Shown piece after piece: positions 10,267 to 20,081 of a stretch of 64,000 nucleotides of DNA (positions are counted from its first letter, which is position 1; each line of letters starts with the position of its first letter). A program made the position numbers and the translations under genes. The notes under the pieces were generated by a model. That model searched no databases and was not told where the DNA came from. It was given only the letters and a program-made list of their open reading frames with translations. Source of the DNA: Desulfurococcaceae archaeon (GTDB lineage: Archaea; Thermoproteota; Thermoprotei_A; Sulfolobales; Desulfurococcaceae); NCBI GenBank assembly GCA_038888155.1, contig JAWAJB010000001.1, positions 32,001 to 96,000 on the forward strand, given 5' to 3'.

Positions 10267-10761
10267 GTGAAATATATGGGTGGATTAAAGAAATCAAAGG
10301 TCTCTACCCCTACGGGCAGCGGCGAGAAGGGTAAAGAAATTAAAATAGTAACTAGGTCGATAATCTCTGCATCAGATGTAGAGAAAAACCCAAGGCTCTT
10401 GAAACTGCTATACGTAATATCACTGCTTGAAAATGGCATAAGCGAGAAGGCATTAGTACACCTCGTACGAGGTATTGAGGAGGTTGGAGTGAAATTCGGA
10501 TATACTTTTATCAAGCTCGGGGACATGCTTACTAGTAGAGAATTAATAAATGATCTCACAGCACTTAAATACACAGGAATGGTAGAAGTCTCAAGAGGAA
10601 AGAAACTTGTAGTAACAGGAGTTGGGAAGGAGCTCTTGGATAAATCGTCAGGCTTAATTCAAGGCGAGATCTCTACTTTAAAGAAAGCCTTTGACGAGAC
10701 TTGGCCTAGAGTAGCGCCAATAGACTTAGAGGTTAATTTGAAGGCAACTAGGCGTTCATAA
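10267..10761 (+). CDS. Hypothetical protein, probably winged-helix fold
   Basis: Pattern KLLY...GY.F...G...SREL..DL..L...G.V resembles YwgA/SocA-like wHTH proteins. Confidence 0.6.
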   Translation: MKYMGGLKKSKVSTPTGSGEKGKEIKIVTRSIISASDVEKNPRLLKLLYVISLLENGISEKALVHLVRGIEEVGVKFGYTFIKLGDMLTSRELINDLTALKYTGMVEVSRGKKLVVTGVGKELLDKSSGLIQGEISTLKKAFDETWPRVAPIDLEVNLKATRRS

Positions 10762-10765
10762 GCTC

Positions 10766-11173
10766 CTATATAATTGGAGTTGGCGGCTGTCTGCGAGATT
10801 CCTTTTCTTCGCGTGTAAGTCTAATGGTAAATAGGGGATTAATCGAGTTCTCCTCTTCAAGCTTCTTCAGGTAGTCTGCAAATTTTGACGTGTGATCCAT
10901 ATCTAATTCAATTAATTGGTAGAATAAAACCCGAAGCTTTTCCCACAGTTCAACTAGCATTTCACGGGGCATATGAGTTGTTATCATTGGGTCCTTTAAC
11001 CAGTTGTCAAAAGCCTCAATAGTCTTATTCATATGCTGGAAGGCTAGCCTCGACAGCGTTATTAGCGTAAGCCTGTCTGCGTCTTTGAAGTTCTCCTCTG
11101 CCTTCTTAAACATGTTTTTTATTTCCTGTTGCCTCTTGATCCAGGCGCCGAGATTGTCGTAGAAACCACTCAC
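10766..11173 (-). CDS. DUF2153 family archaeal protein
   Basis: WIK.Q, ADRL.LI...R.AF.HM.KT..AFD.WL.DP.I..HMPREML. Confidence 0.85.
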   Translation of the reverse strand: MSGFYDNLGAWIKRQQEIKNMFKKAEENFKDADRLTLITLSRLAFQHMNKTIEAFDNWLKDPMITTHMPREMLVELWEKLRVLFYQLIELDMDHTSKFADYLKKLEEENSINPLFTIRLTREEKESRRQPPTPII

Positions 11174-11199
11174 AGTTTCACACCTACTTTAGAAAAGAC

Positions 11200-12042
11200 G
11201 TGAACTCCACTTTATACTTTACTGTTTTCAGCAAAACTTCAAGCTTTTATAGGGTGAAGTTAATTATGATTCAAGTTAAGCTATGCGCGTATGGGTACAC
11301 AATGGAGATACGACTCAACGAATCCCTAGATCATAGCATATATATAGGTATAGATGAAGCCGGTAGAGGACCGTTGATAGGGGATATGGTTATAGCAGGG
11401 ATAATGACAACTAACTACATACTAGATAGATTGGTTAAAAAGGGGCTGAGGGATAGTAAAAGGCTAAACCCCACTAAGAGGTACTTCCTGTATAATGAGG
11501 CAGTTAGAGAGGGGGTAGCAACAATAGCCGTATTCATCCACCCATGGAGAATAGACAGAGAGAACTTAAATCTAATAGAGGAAAGGTACATTAAGTGGAT
11601 TTTAAAAACAATTAATACACTAATCAATGACTTAAAGATGGAAAAAGTCTATATTTTTGTAGACGAGGTAAAGGGATGTAACAACAACGTCCGCGCATAT
11701 GCTGAAGAGCTCTTCAAAGAATTTAAACTGTCCTTCTCTATGGAAGCTAATGCAGATTTGAAGTATCCGCCAGTAGCCCTTGCTAGCGTTATTGCCAAGG
11801 TAGCTAGGGACACTAGCATTAATGCGCTCAAAAGACACATCGGAGATTTTGGATCAGGGTACACAGCTGATCCAACGCTGAAGGATTGGCTAGAGTCAAG
11901 CTACAGCATTAATGCGCCGCCGCCAATTTACATTCGAAGGAGCTGGCGTTTATTAAAGCATAAGACACCCCTGTGGTATATCGCAAAGAGGAAGAGAAAA
12001 ACACCTATGCATAAAAATCTAAGACATTTCACTAAACGGTGA
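11200..12042 (+). CDS. rnhB: Ribonuclease HII
   Basis: GIDEAGRGP, G.RDSK.L, AD..YP.V..ASVIAKVARD, GDFGSGY. The likely start is ATG at 11302. Confidence 0.93.
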   Translation: MNSTLYFTVFSKTSSFYRVKLIMIQVKLCAYGYTMEIRLNESLDHSIYIGIDEAGRGPLIGDMVIAGIMTTNYILDRLVKKGLRDSKRLNPTKRYFLYNEAVREGVATIAVFIHPWRIDRENLNLIEERYIKWILKTINTLINDLKMEKVYIFVDEVKGCNNNVRAYAEELFKEFKLSFSMEANADLKYPPVALASVIAKVARDTSINALKRHIGDFGSGYTADPTLKDWLESSYSINAPPPIYIRRSWRLLKHKTPLWYIAKRKRKTPMHKNLRHFTKR

Positions 12043-12046
12043 GAGT

Positions 12047-13210
12047 TTGGTTACAAACCTACCAGCAGAGGCCAGAGCTAAGTGGATTAAAGTAATGGAG
12101 GCAAAGACCCCAGAAGAGAAAGTTAGATCCCTTGAAGAATTTTTGTCCAGTGTTCCTAAGCACAAGGGGACTGAGAAGCTAAGGGAGTGGGCCACAAAAA
12201 GGCTCTCTCAACTCCGCGAAGAGATAGAGGACAAGAGGAGAAAAAAATCTGGGTCGAGGTTTACTTTCTTCCTAGAGAAAGAGGGGGACGTGCAAGTTGC
12301 TGTAGTGGGCCCTCCTAATAGCGGCAAGAGTTCACTTGTAGCAAGGCTAACAGGAGCTAAGACCGCAGTGGCAGACTACCCCTTTGCAACTAAGCACCCT
12401 GTGCCAGGTATGTTAAAGTACAGAGATGTGTACTTTCAACTCATAGATACCCCCCCACTTTTCAATGGTTCAAGCCTATTCAGCAAAGTAGTTGGAATAA
12501 TACGAAACGCTGACGGACTTCTTCTAGTGTTAGATGCCACATCTGATTTCATTGAGGACCTGAAGTGGATAGTAGAAACATTAAAAGAGGAGGGCATCCT
12601 GCTGGTAAAGCCTCGCGGACGAGTTTCAATAGATATAATGAGAGCTGGTAAAACGGGTATTAGAGTTACTATCATGGGAAAATTGATCGGTACAACAGTT
12701 GACGATATCAGAAAGCTCCTGGAAAGCTACAGAATTTACAACGCCCACGTTAAAATTTACGGTGAAGTTAACCTAGACGATGTAGAACAGGCATTATTTG
12801 AGGCCTCCTCTTACAAACCAACTGTTGTATTCATTAACAAAACAGATATAGCTAACGTAGAGAGAAGATCGCTAGATAGAGTTAATGAAATCTTGCCTGA
12901 GCCCCGGATAATCTCTGGTTCAGCCTTACAGGACAGGGGCTTAAACTCTATTGCACCAGCTTTATATGATGTTATGGAAGTTGTGAGAGTATACACTAAA
13001 TCCCCGAATGCGCCGCCTTCGAGCAAACCTATTGTCTTGAGAAAAAACGCCACTGTGAAGGATATTGCTCGTATAGTGCACAGCGATTTCATAGAGAACT
13101 TTCTTTACGCTAAGGTTTGGGGACTATCTGCCAAGTATCCAGGCGAAAGAGTAGGGCTTGATCACATTTTGCACGATGGGGACGTCGTGGAAATTCACAC
13201 AAAGGGTTAA
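12047..13210 (+). CDS. OBG/DRG-family GTPase with C-terminal TGS domain
   Basis: PKHKGTE, G1 GPPNSGKS, G2 YPFAT, G4 NKTD; TGS segment SAKYPGERVGLDHIL.DGDVVEI. Confidence 0.92.
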   Translation: MVTNLPAEARAKWIKVMEAKTPEEKVRSLEEFLSSVPKHKGTEKLREWATKRLSQLREEIEDKRRKKSGSRFTFFLEKEGDVQVAVVGPPNSGKSSLVARLTGAKTAVADYPFATKHPVPGMLKYRDVYFQLIDTPPLFNGSSLFSKVVGIIRNADGLLLVLDATSDFIEDLKWIVETLKEEGILLVKPRGRVSIDIMRAGKTGIRVTIMGKLIGTTVDDIRKLLESYRIYNAHVKIYGEVNLDDVEQALFEASSYKPTVVFINKTDIANVERRSLDRVNEILPEPRIISGSALQDRGLNSIAPALYDVMEVVRVYTKSPNAPPSSKPIVLRKNATVKDIARIVHSDFIENFLYAKVWGLSAKYPGERVGLDHILHDGDVVEIHTKG

Positions 13211-13329
13211 CGCCGCGTATATAGCTTAAAGTTTTACTTTCAAAGCTTAAACTTTACATTAATGCCTATTTTGAGTGTTAAGTTAAAAAAATTTTCTGAA
13301 TCTCTTGGGTTTTACGCTAAAAGGAGGAC

Positions 13330-14541
13330 TTATTTAACTTTTAACCTCATGACAAGTAAACACGCTAAGAGCAGAAGGGTTATCTGGACAAGCATAAGCT
13401 CTATGAAACCGTAGGACTCATATATGAACCCGCTAATGGGGGGCATTATAGCCCCAGGTAAATACATAAAGATCCTAGCAATTCCTAAAGCCATACCTAC
13501 ATATCCATTTACAGCTAGAGATGGAGGAATTGAGTAGTTCATTGGGCTCTTAATTGCAGATACTAAGCCTATAATCAACACCATAGCCATAACTATATAC
13601 TGCTGATAAACTAAAGCGAATGTTATAAACGGGATTACTTCACCGCACAGACTCACCAAATAGGTCCTCTTCTTTCCAATTTTGCCCGACAACCAACCCC
13701 CAAACATGGAGCCGAAAATCCCGCATACTCCCATAATGCCGAGCAACAAACTTGCAATGCTCTCTGAGAAACCCTTCTCTTTGCTCAATAGAGTCACGCC
13801 ATAAGTTCCGAAAATATTCGCAGGAGATAGGCCAATGAAGATTGTAAGGCCGAAAAGCCAGATTTGAAAGCTACGGAGAGAGTCCTTTAACCCCTTCAAA
13901 CTAACCTTGTTGTGCCTTACATCGATATTTTCAATGCGCGAACTTTTCATTAACATTAACACTGATGGGGGGAGCAGTATAATTGAGCTTATTAACCCAA
14001 CAGTAAAAACCGCCCTCCAACCGTACTGAGTTGTAATCAAGCTCGCCATGGGAGTAAACACAGCTCGAGCTGTAGCCATTGATGCAGACCATATACCTAG
14101 CGCTATGCCCTGCTCTTTCTCTTTAAACCACTTCATTATAACAATGGGTCCTCCTGCTCCTAGAATAATTCCGCATATACCTATGAAGAACCTCCCAATG
14201 AGTAAAGTGTTGAAATCTGGAGAGATTGCACATATAACCCAGCCAATACATCCTGCAAGCAACGAGATTATAAGCCCTTTCTCCGCACCTATAGAGTCTA
14301 GGAGAACCCCGCTTGGCAGAGATAGGATAGCTCCCGCAAGGTTGAGTGATGTTGAAAGAAGCCCGGCCATTGTTAGTGTTATATTTAGCTCTCTTATGAG
14401 TGCAGGTACTATGGGAGCTGTCAATGCAAATGCGTAACCTAAAACTAGTAGAAAGTTAGATGTTAGAATGAAAAGAATTACCCATCTAATCCAGCTGGAT
14501 TGATCAACTCTTTGCGCATTTATTTTACCTACCATAAGCAA
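13330..14541 (-). CDS. MFS transporter (about 12 TM)
   Basis: Motif A GVLLDSIG and its repeat GWLSGKIGKK; GRFFIG; WF.EKE.G.A.G. Confidence 0.9.
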   Translation of the reverse strand: MLMVGKINAQRVDQSSWIRWVILFILTSNFLLVLGYAFALTAPIVPALIRELNITLTMAGLLSTSLNLAGAILSLPSGVLLDSIGAEKGLIISLLAGCIGWVICAISPDFNTLLIGRFFIGICGIILGAGGPIVIMKWFKEKEQGIALGIWSASMATARAVFTPMASLITTQYGWRAVFTVGLISSIILLPPSVLMLMKSSRIENIDVRHNKVSLKGLKDSLRSFQIWLFGLTIFIGLSPANIFGTYGVTLLSKEKGFSESIASLLLGIMGVCGIFGSMFGGWLSGKIGKKRTYLVSLCGEVIPFITFALVYQQYIVMAMVLIIGLVSAIKSPMNYSIPPSLAVNGYVGMALGIARIFMYLPGAIMPPISGFIYESYGFIELMLVQITLLLLACLLVMRLKVK

Positions 14542-14637
14542 TTTGCACCTAATCTATAGAGTTAGTGAATCAGGAGAAAGGATATTAAACCTTGGCTGTC
14601 TGTTTTAAGTAGGGGTTTTAATCCCTTCATAAATATA

Positions 14638-14651
14638 TTTCGAATAAAATT
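14638..14651. promoter_or_regulatory. Candidate operator TTTCGAATAAAATT in the AT-rich divergent MFS/oxidoreductase promoter
   Basis: 13/14 identical to 48137-48150. A second TTTCGAAT occurs at 14699. Confidence 0.35.
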
Positions 14652-14777
14652 TTATTATTTTAACATATTTAATAAAAAATCTAAATAAAGTATTGTTGTT
14701 TCGAATTCAACGCCGTAGCTCCACGTGAAGATCGGAAAAGCTTAAAAAGGTTCGCGCGCTTATTTCTCATGGAATAG

Positions 14778-15383
14778 GTGTATTCTTTCATGGTTGGTCA
14801 AGTCGCAGAAGTTCGTCTTCACGGAAAAGGCGGACAAGGAATAGTGATAGGGTCAGAGCTAATAGCACACGCTGCAGTGATGGACGGTAAATTCGCTAGA
14901 ACTTTTCCAGAATTTACATCTGCTAGAAGAGGGGCTCCAGTGGTATCCTACCTCTTTATAGGAGAAGCTACAATGGCAGCTAGATCAGCCATCGTTAACC
15001 CAGAGTATTTAGTAGTATTTGATCCAAAGATTCACACAGTTGTACCAGGATGGGTATTTGGTGGTTTCAGAGAGAACGGCGTATTTATACAGAACACTAC
15101 GAGAAGCCCAGAAGAAGTCTTAGAAGAGCTTAAAACTCTAGTTCCACACGTTAAACCAAGACTAGTTGCTACACTTGACGCGACCGGTATAGCCCTTAAA
15201 CATACCCGCAGGCCTATACCAAACATAGCTATTGTTGGAGCGTTTAGCAAAGTAACAAACCTCGTAAAAGTTGATCTCCTAGCTGAAGCTGTAAAGGCTA
15301 GGTTCCCCCAGGCAACTTGGGAGAACAACTTAAAGGTTTTAGAGGAAGGATATAATAGTGTAACTGTAAAGGAGGTTAGGTGA
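14778..15383 (+). CDS. porG: 2-oxoacid:ferredoxin oxidoreductase gamma subunit
   Basis: EVRLHGKGGQG, FPEF...RRGAPV, LDATGIA, PN.A.VGA. Confidence 0.9.
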   Translation: MYSFMVGQVAEVRLHGKGGQGIVIGSELIAHAAVMDGKFARTFPEFTSARRGAPVVSYLFIGEATMAARSAIVNPEYLVVFDPKIHTVVPGWVFGGFRENGVFIQNTTRSPEEVLEELKTLVPHVKPRLVATLDATGIALKHTRRPIPNIAIVGAFSKVTNLVKVDLLAEAVKARFPQATWENNLKVLEEGYNSVTVKEVR

Positions 15384-15656
15384 TTGGTTGTGTCAGGTCA
15401 AACTCAACTACCTGAAATTCAAACTGGAACACTCGGAGTAACTATAGCCCTTAGCGTAGCACACTGGAGAGAGTTCAAGCCAGAGATAGACCTCAAGAAA
15501 TGCACAAAGTGCTGGACATGCTACACATTCTGCCCAGAGGGGGCAATTGACAAAACACCCGAAGGCCCAAAGGTCAATTTTGCTTTTTGTAAAGGATGCG
15601 GGGTATGCGCAAATGAATGCCCAGTTAAAGCAATTAGCATGGTGAGGGAGGAGTAA
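15384..15656 (+). CDS. porD: 2-oxoacid:ferredoxin oxidoreductase delta subunit (2x[4Fe-4S])
   Basis: WR.FKP.ID, CTKCWTCYTFCP, CKGCGVCANECP. Confidence 0.92.
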   Translation: MVVSGQTQLPEIQTGTLGVTIALSVAHWREFKPEIDLKKCTKCWTCYTFCPEGAIDKTPEGPKVNFAFCKGCGVCANECPVKAISMVREE

Positions 15657-15657
15657 T

Positions 15658-17748
15658 ATGACCAAAACTGTCTTAATTTCAGGCAACGCAGCAGTTGCGT
15701 ATGGAGTAAAAATGTCCAGAGCTAAGGTTATCTCGGCGTACCCAATTACGCCATCCACGACTATGGTAGAGTACCTGGCTGAATTTGTTGCCAAGGGCGA
15801 GCTCGACGCCGAGTACATACACCCCGAAGGAGAGCACTCGGCTGTGGCTGCAGCTCTAGCCGCTGCTGCTGCAGGTGTTAGAAGCTTTACTGCCACGGGT
15901 TCGCAAGGGCTTGGCTACGCTCATGAAATTGTTGCACAGGCGCCATCATTTAGGGCTCCGTTCCTACTAGGAATAGCGAATAGAACCCTTGGGTGGTATT
16001 GGAGCCTTCAAAGCGACTACAGCGACATGATGCCTACGAGAGACCTTGCTTGGATAATAGGCGTAGTTGAAACTGTGCAAGAGTCTTTCGATTTTGTCCC
16101 ACAACTGTATAAGATATCAGAAAACGAAAAGGTATTACTGCCGGCAATGCTCTCCCTTGATGGCTTCAACTTAACGCACTCAACCGAGAAAGTCCTGTTG
16201 CCATCCCAAGAGGAGATCGATGACTTTCTGCCGCCCAGAAAGAACTACCGGCATACTTTAGATCCATACATGCAGGACACATATCTAAGGCACAACGTTC
16301 CTCAAAACGCACACACTATATATAGGAGGATATTCGAGGAAACATTTGAGAGGGCGAAAAAGGTTATATATGAAGTAACCAAGGAGTACTCTGAGAAGTT
16401 CAACAGGGATTCGTACGGCCTTATAGAGGAATACAAAGTAGATGGCTCAGAGGCATTATTAGTTACAATGGGTTCAATGACAACAGCCGCAAGGAGAGCA
16501 GTAGACTCGCTCCGCGACGAGGGTAAAAAGGTTGGCTTAGTTAAACTAAGGTTCTACAGGCCATTCCCCACAAAAGAGCTCGTTGAATTGGCAGAGAAGA
16601 CCGGCGTAAGCGCATTTGGAGTTGTTGACAGAATGGTAAGCCACGGAAGGTATATGGGACCAGTTGGTTTAGATGCCGCAGCTGCGCTGTATAAGTTAAA
16701 GAATAGGCCAGCCTTCTTTAACTTCATAGCCGGCATGGGCGGAGAAGATATATCGATATCGGACTTCAAGAAAATGTATGGAGACTTGTTGGGGGCTAAA
16801 GGAAGCGGTGAAGTGGATATTAAGACCGTGTTCGTAGAGAAGAAGCCCGTGATACCGACGCCGCAATTTGTGTTCAAGGACCGACTGATTGGTGCTGGCT
16901 CGTACCTGTGCACTGGTTGTGGTATCACACTACTCTCTAAGTACATCTTCAACATGATCGACAAAAACACTGTGATAGCTGTACCTCCAAGCTGCTACTC
17001 AGTTGGAATACCTTCAATAACTGGCGTACCTCAAATAATAGCTAACTTCGCCGCTCCAGCTGCCTTTGCCAGAGGATATAAGAGGGCTTACTTAGCCAAG
17101 GGCAGCAAGACAAGGGTCATGGTAATTGCAGGAGACGGATGTGCAGCTGATATAGGTCTACAATCCCTATCTTCAGCAGCAGAGGCTAACGAGCCAATAC
17201 TCTGGGTAACATACGACAACGAGGCATACATGAATACTGGCATCCAGAGAAGCGGAACGACTCCGTTTGCCGCGTGGACAACTACAACTCCCGTAGGGGC
17301 AAGGTGGAAGGGCAAGCGCGAGTTCTCAAAGAACATGATAGACATAATGGTAGCTCACAGGATACCGTACATAGCTACATTATCCGTTGCATTCACAAGG
17401 GACTTCGAGACTAAGTTCAAGAAGGGAATGGAAGTCACAGACAACAACCTAGGCATGGCATATCTACACATTCAACAACCATGCCCTACTGGCTGGAGAT
17501 TTGACACTAGCAAGACAGTTGAAGTTGCTAGGTTAGCTGTTCTAACAGGCATGTGGCCCCTAATAGAAGTAGATAACGGCGTGTTCAAGTTGACATTTAA
17601 GCCCGCCAAGCTAAGACCTGTCGCAGACTACTTGAAGCTCCAAGGCAGATTCGCCCACGTTACAGAGGAGCAAATAAAGTCGCTACAGGAATACGTAGAG
17701 AAGAACTGGCAGCGCTTACTAGAACTGGATGGAAAGAGGCTCTGGTAA
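15658..17748 (+). CDS. 2-oxoacid:ferredoxin oxidoreductase, fused alpha-beta subunit
   Basis: Alpha motifs SGNAAVAY, AYPITP, EGEHSA, TAT.SQGL, ANR and RPFP; beta motifs CTGCG, GDG, DNEAYMNTGIQRS and PCPTGW; all in one 696-aa ORF. Confidence 0.93.
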   Translation: MTKTVLISGNAAVAYGVKMSRAKVISAYPITPSTTMVEYLAEFVAKGELDAEYIHPEGEHSAVAAALAAAAAGVRSFTATGSQGLGYAHEIVAQAPSFRAPFLLGIANRTLGWYWSLQSDYSDMMPTRDLAWIIGVVETVQESFDFVPQLYKISENEKVLLPAMLSLDGFNLTHSTEKVLLPSQEEIDDFLPPRKNYRHTLDPYMQDTYLRHNVPQNAHTIYRRIFEETFERAKKVIYEVTKEYSEKFNRDSYGLIEEYKVDGSEALLVTMGSMTTAARRAVDSLRDEGKKVGLVKLRFYRPFPTKELVELAEKTGVSAFGVVDRMVSHGRYMGPVGLDAAAALYKLKNRPAFFNFIAGMGGEDISISDFKKMYGDLLGAKGSGEVDIKTVFVEKKPVIPTPQFVFKDRLIGAGSYLCTGCGITLLSKYIFNMIDKNTVIAVPPSCYSVGIPSITGVPQIIANFAAPAAFARGYKRAYLAKGSKTRVMVIAGDGCAADIGLQSLSSAAEANEPILWVTYDNEAYMNTGIQRSGTTPFAAWTTTTPVGARWKGKREFSKNMIDIMVAHRIPYIATLSVAFTRDFETKFKKGMEVTDNNLGMAYLHIQQPCPTGWRFDTSKTVEVARLAVLTGMWPLIEVDNGVFKLTFKPAKLRPVADYLKLQGRFAHVTEEQIKSLQEYVEKNWQRLLELDGKRLW

Positions 17749-17756
17749 ATTCCAAG

Positions 17757-17773
17757 TTTATTTTTTTACTTTT
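17757..17773 (+). terminator. T-rich archaeal terminator-like tract
   Basis: TTTATTTTTTTACTTTT directly after the alpha-beta stop codon. Confidence 0.4.
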
Positions 17774-17817
17774 AAACCGCTTTCTCCTTCTTTATAAGTA
17801 TTGGATGTGGTGAGTTT

Positions 17818-19242
17818 ATGGGTATAAGAAAAGAGCTAGAAGTATTCAAATACTTTTATGAGCCGAGAAGTGTTGCAATAATAGGTGCTAGTAGACAGCC
17901 TGGTACCTGGGGATACCAGATACTCAAGAACTTACTAGATATGGGTTTTGAAGGAAAGGTCTATCCAGTAAATCCACGAGCTACAGAACTAATGGGACTA
18001 AAAGTTTACCCAGACATACAATCCGTTCCTGACGAAGTTGACTTAGCAGTTATCGTGGTTCCCGCTGCAATAGTCCCAAGCGTAATGGAGGGATGTGTAG
18101 CAAAAGGCGTTAAAGCCGCAACGGTGATCACAGCAGGCTTCGGCGAGACTGGACCTGAGGGGAAAAAGCTTGAAGAAGAAGTGCTTAAGATCGCTAGAAA
18201 GGGCAACATAAGAATACAGGGACCAAACTGCATGGGGACATATGTCTCGTGGACCAAGCTAAATACATCGTTTGCCTCATCCAAGGAAGTACCAGAAAAA
18301 GTAGGACACATTGCCTTCATATCACAAAGCGGCGCATTCGCAGGCACTATGTTGAGGTGGGCAAAGACAAGGAATATGGGGTTTAGCGTTGCAATCTCAA
18401 TAGGAAATCAAGCTGATCTAGAAATTAGCGATTACTTGGAATATCTTTGCGGCGCTGAACCCCACACAAGAGTGATTACGCTGTATATAGAGGGAGTAAA
18501 GGACGGTAAAAAATTCACGAGAGCGCTTGAAATATGTAGAGAGAACAAAAAACCGGTAATTGCGATGAAGCTTGGCTATACCCCTGCAGGTGCAGCCGCT
18601 GCGCTTTCGCACACAGCATCTCTTGCTGGACAGGATGCTGTTTACAACGCTGTGTTCAAGAAGTACGGTGTAATCCGGGCGTACGACTTTGAAGAAATGT
18701 TCGATATAGCTATGGGTTTTGCAAACCTCCCACTACCCGAGGGAGACCGCATATGTGGTTTAAGCGGTGGCGGAGGGTGGGCAGTTGAACTGTCTGATGC
18801 TGTGTATTCACTAGGGCTAAAGCTTCCACCTCTACCTAAAGAGATAATTGAAGAAGTTGACTCAAAGAAGGTGCTACCTCCATTCTGGAATAGAAGGAAC
18901 CCCGCTGACTTAGTTGCAACTCCAGATCCTGAACCGTACAGGTTCCTCGCTGAAAAATTCCTAAAGACTGATGTGTGCGACATTATAATACAAGTAGGAG
19001 GCGGTGTAATGCTGACACCAGAGCAAGAGCAAAGAAGCATCGAAAATGCAAAGCATATATCTTCTTTAGTCAAAGAACTTAGTAAGCCAATGATGGTTGT
19101 GAGCAACCTTGGCAGGGCTTCAGCCGCTGCCGCAATATACGATGATGCAGGTATCCCAGTTTACACAACCCCCTCAAGAGCCGCAAGGGTAGCCAGAGCG
19201 CTCGTTGATTACTCTAGATACATAAGAAAATATCAAAAATAG
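17818..19242 (+). CDS. acdA: ADP-forming acyl-CoA synthetase (acetate--CoA ligase) alpha subunit
   Basis: PRSVAIIGAS, YPVNP, TAGFGE, GPNCMG, SQSG, phospho-His motif SHTASLAG, NP.DL. Confidence 0.92.
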   Translation: MGIRKELEVFKYFYEPRSVAIIGASRQPGTWGYQILKNLLDMGFEGKVYPVNPRATELMGLKVYPDIQSVPDEVDLAVIVVPAAIVPSVMEGCVAKGVKAATVITAGFGETGPEGKKLEEEVLKIARKGNIRIQGPNCMGTYVSWTKLNTSFASSKEVPEKVGHIAFISQSGAFAGTMLRWAKTRNMGFSVAISIGNQADLEISDYLEYLCGAEPHTRVITLYIEGVKDGKKFTRALEICRENKKPVIAMKLGYTPAGAAAALSHTASLAGQDAVYNAVFKKYGVIRAYDFEEMFDIAMGFANLPLPEGDRICGLSGGGGWAVELSDAVYSLGLKLPPLPKEIIEEVDSKKVLPPFWNRRNPADLVATPDPEPYRFLAEKFLKTDVCDIIIQVGGGVMLTPEQEQRSIENAKHISSLVKELSKPMMVVSNLGRASAAAAIYDDAGIPVYTTPSRAARVARALVDYSRYIRKYQK

Positions 19243-19311
19243 CAACTAACAGCCTCAAAGATAGGCGCAGGAAAAAAATAAGTATTTTTTAATCCTCAAT
19301 TACAGGTTAAA

Positions 19312-19992
19312 TTACTCCTTTAGAAACCTTTTAACGAGCTTTAGCAGTGCCTCTTTGCCTGTCCCTAAAATGGGTTCACCGTGGCTAGGGACCAAAGTAT
19401 TGAACCCATAGTACAAAAGTGAGGCGATCGCAATTCTATTCTTGTTCGGATCTCTGGAATACCTTGTTGGTATTTCAAATAGCTCGCCTTTCATTTCGTG
19501 AACCAAATCACCAACAAATAGGGTCTTTGTCCTAGGATCAAGAAGGCAAATGCTACCCGGGGTGTGCCCTGGAGTGTGTATTACTTCTAATGGACCTATA
19601 GTTGATCCTTCTTCTAAGATTACGTCAACTTCCAGGGGGGTTGTTTTCTCTCTTTCAGTGTAATATTTTTCAATGTAGGGTATTTCTTCTCTGTGAGCCG
19701 CTATTTTGGCATTAGTTATTTCCTTAAGGTCCTTAAGAGATCCCAAATGGTCTCCGTGTGCGTGGGTGATTACTATATATTTCGCCTTGGTTATGTCTAG
19801 TCCTTTCCTGTGCGCGTAATCTGTCACCTTTAGGTGATCTCCTTTATTGCCAGCGTCTACAATTATAAGCCCGTTCTCGTATTCAACTAAGAAAATGTTT
19901 GAGATTTCGCCTACAATTAAGTGCGTCCTATCAATAAACATTCTACTAATAGATGCGTACCCTATATCAGTGGGCCTTTGCAAGAATAACAC
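19312..19992 (-). CDS. Metallo-beta-lactamase-fold hydrolase (glyoxalase II-like)
   Basis: VDAG, THAHGDHLG, HTPGHTPGS, GD, PSHG. Confidence 0.9.
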   Translation of the reverse strand: MLFLQRPTDIGYASISRMFIDRTHLIVGEISNIFLVEYENGLIIVDAGNKGDHLKVTDYAHRKGLDITKAKYIVITHAHGDHLGSLKDLKEITNAKIAAHREEIPYIEKYYTEREKTTPLEVDVILEEGSTIGPLEVIHTPGHTPGSICLLDPRTKTLFVGDLVHEMKGELFEIPTRYSRDPNKNRIAIASLLYYGFNTLVPSHGEPILGTGKEALLKLVKRFLKE

Positions 19993-20081
19993 CTTACATT
20001 TGTAAATACAGAGCTCTTAGGACTATATAAACCTAATAACTATAAATTTCAGTATTTCATTCTAGTAGATGTGGGATATGA

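Noticed and set aside
13223-13257. Imperfect direct repeat AGCTTAAA(G/C)TTT(T)AC
   Set aside because: Only two AT-rich copies in a terminator region; not a CRISPR array.
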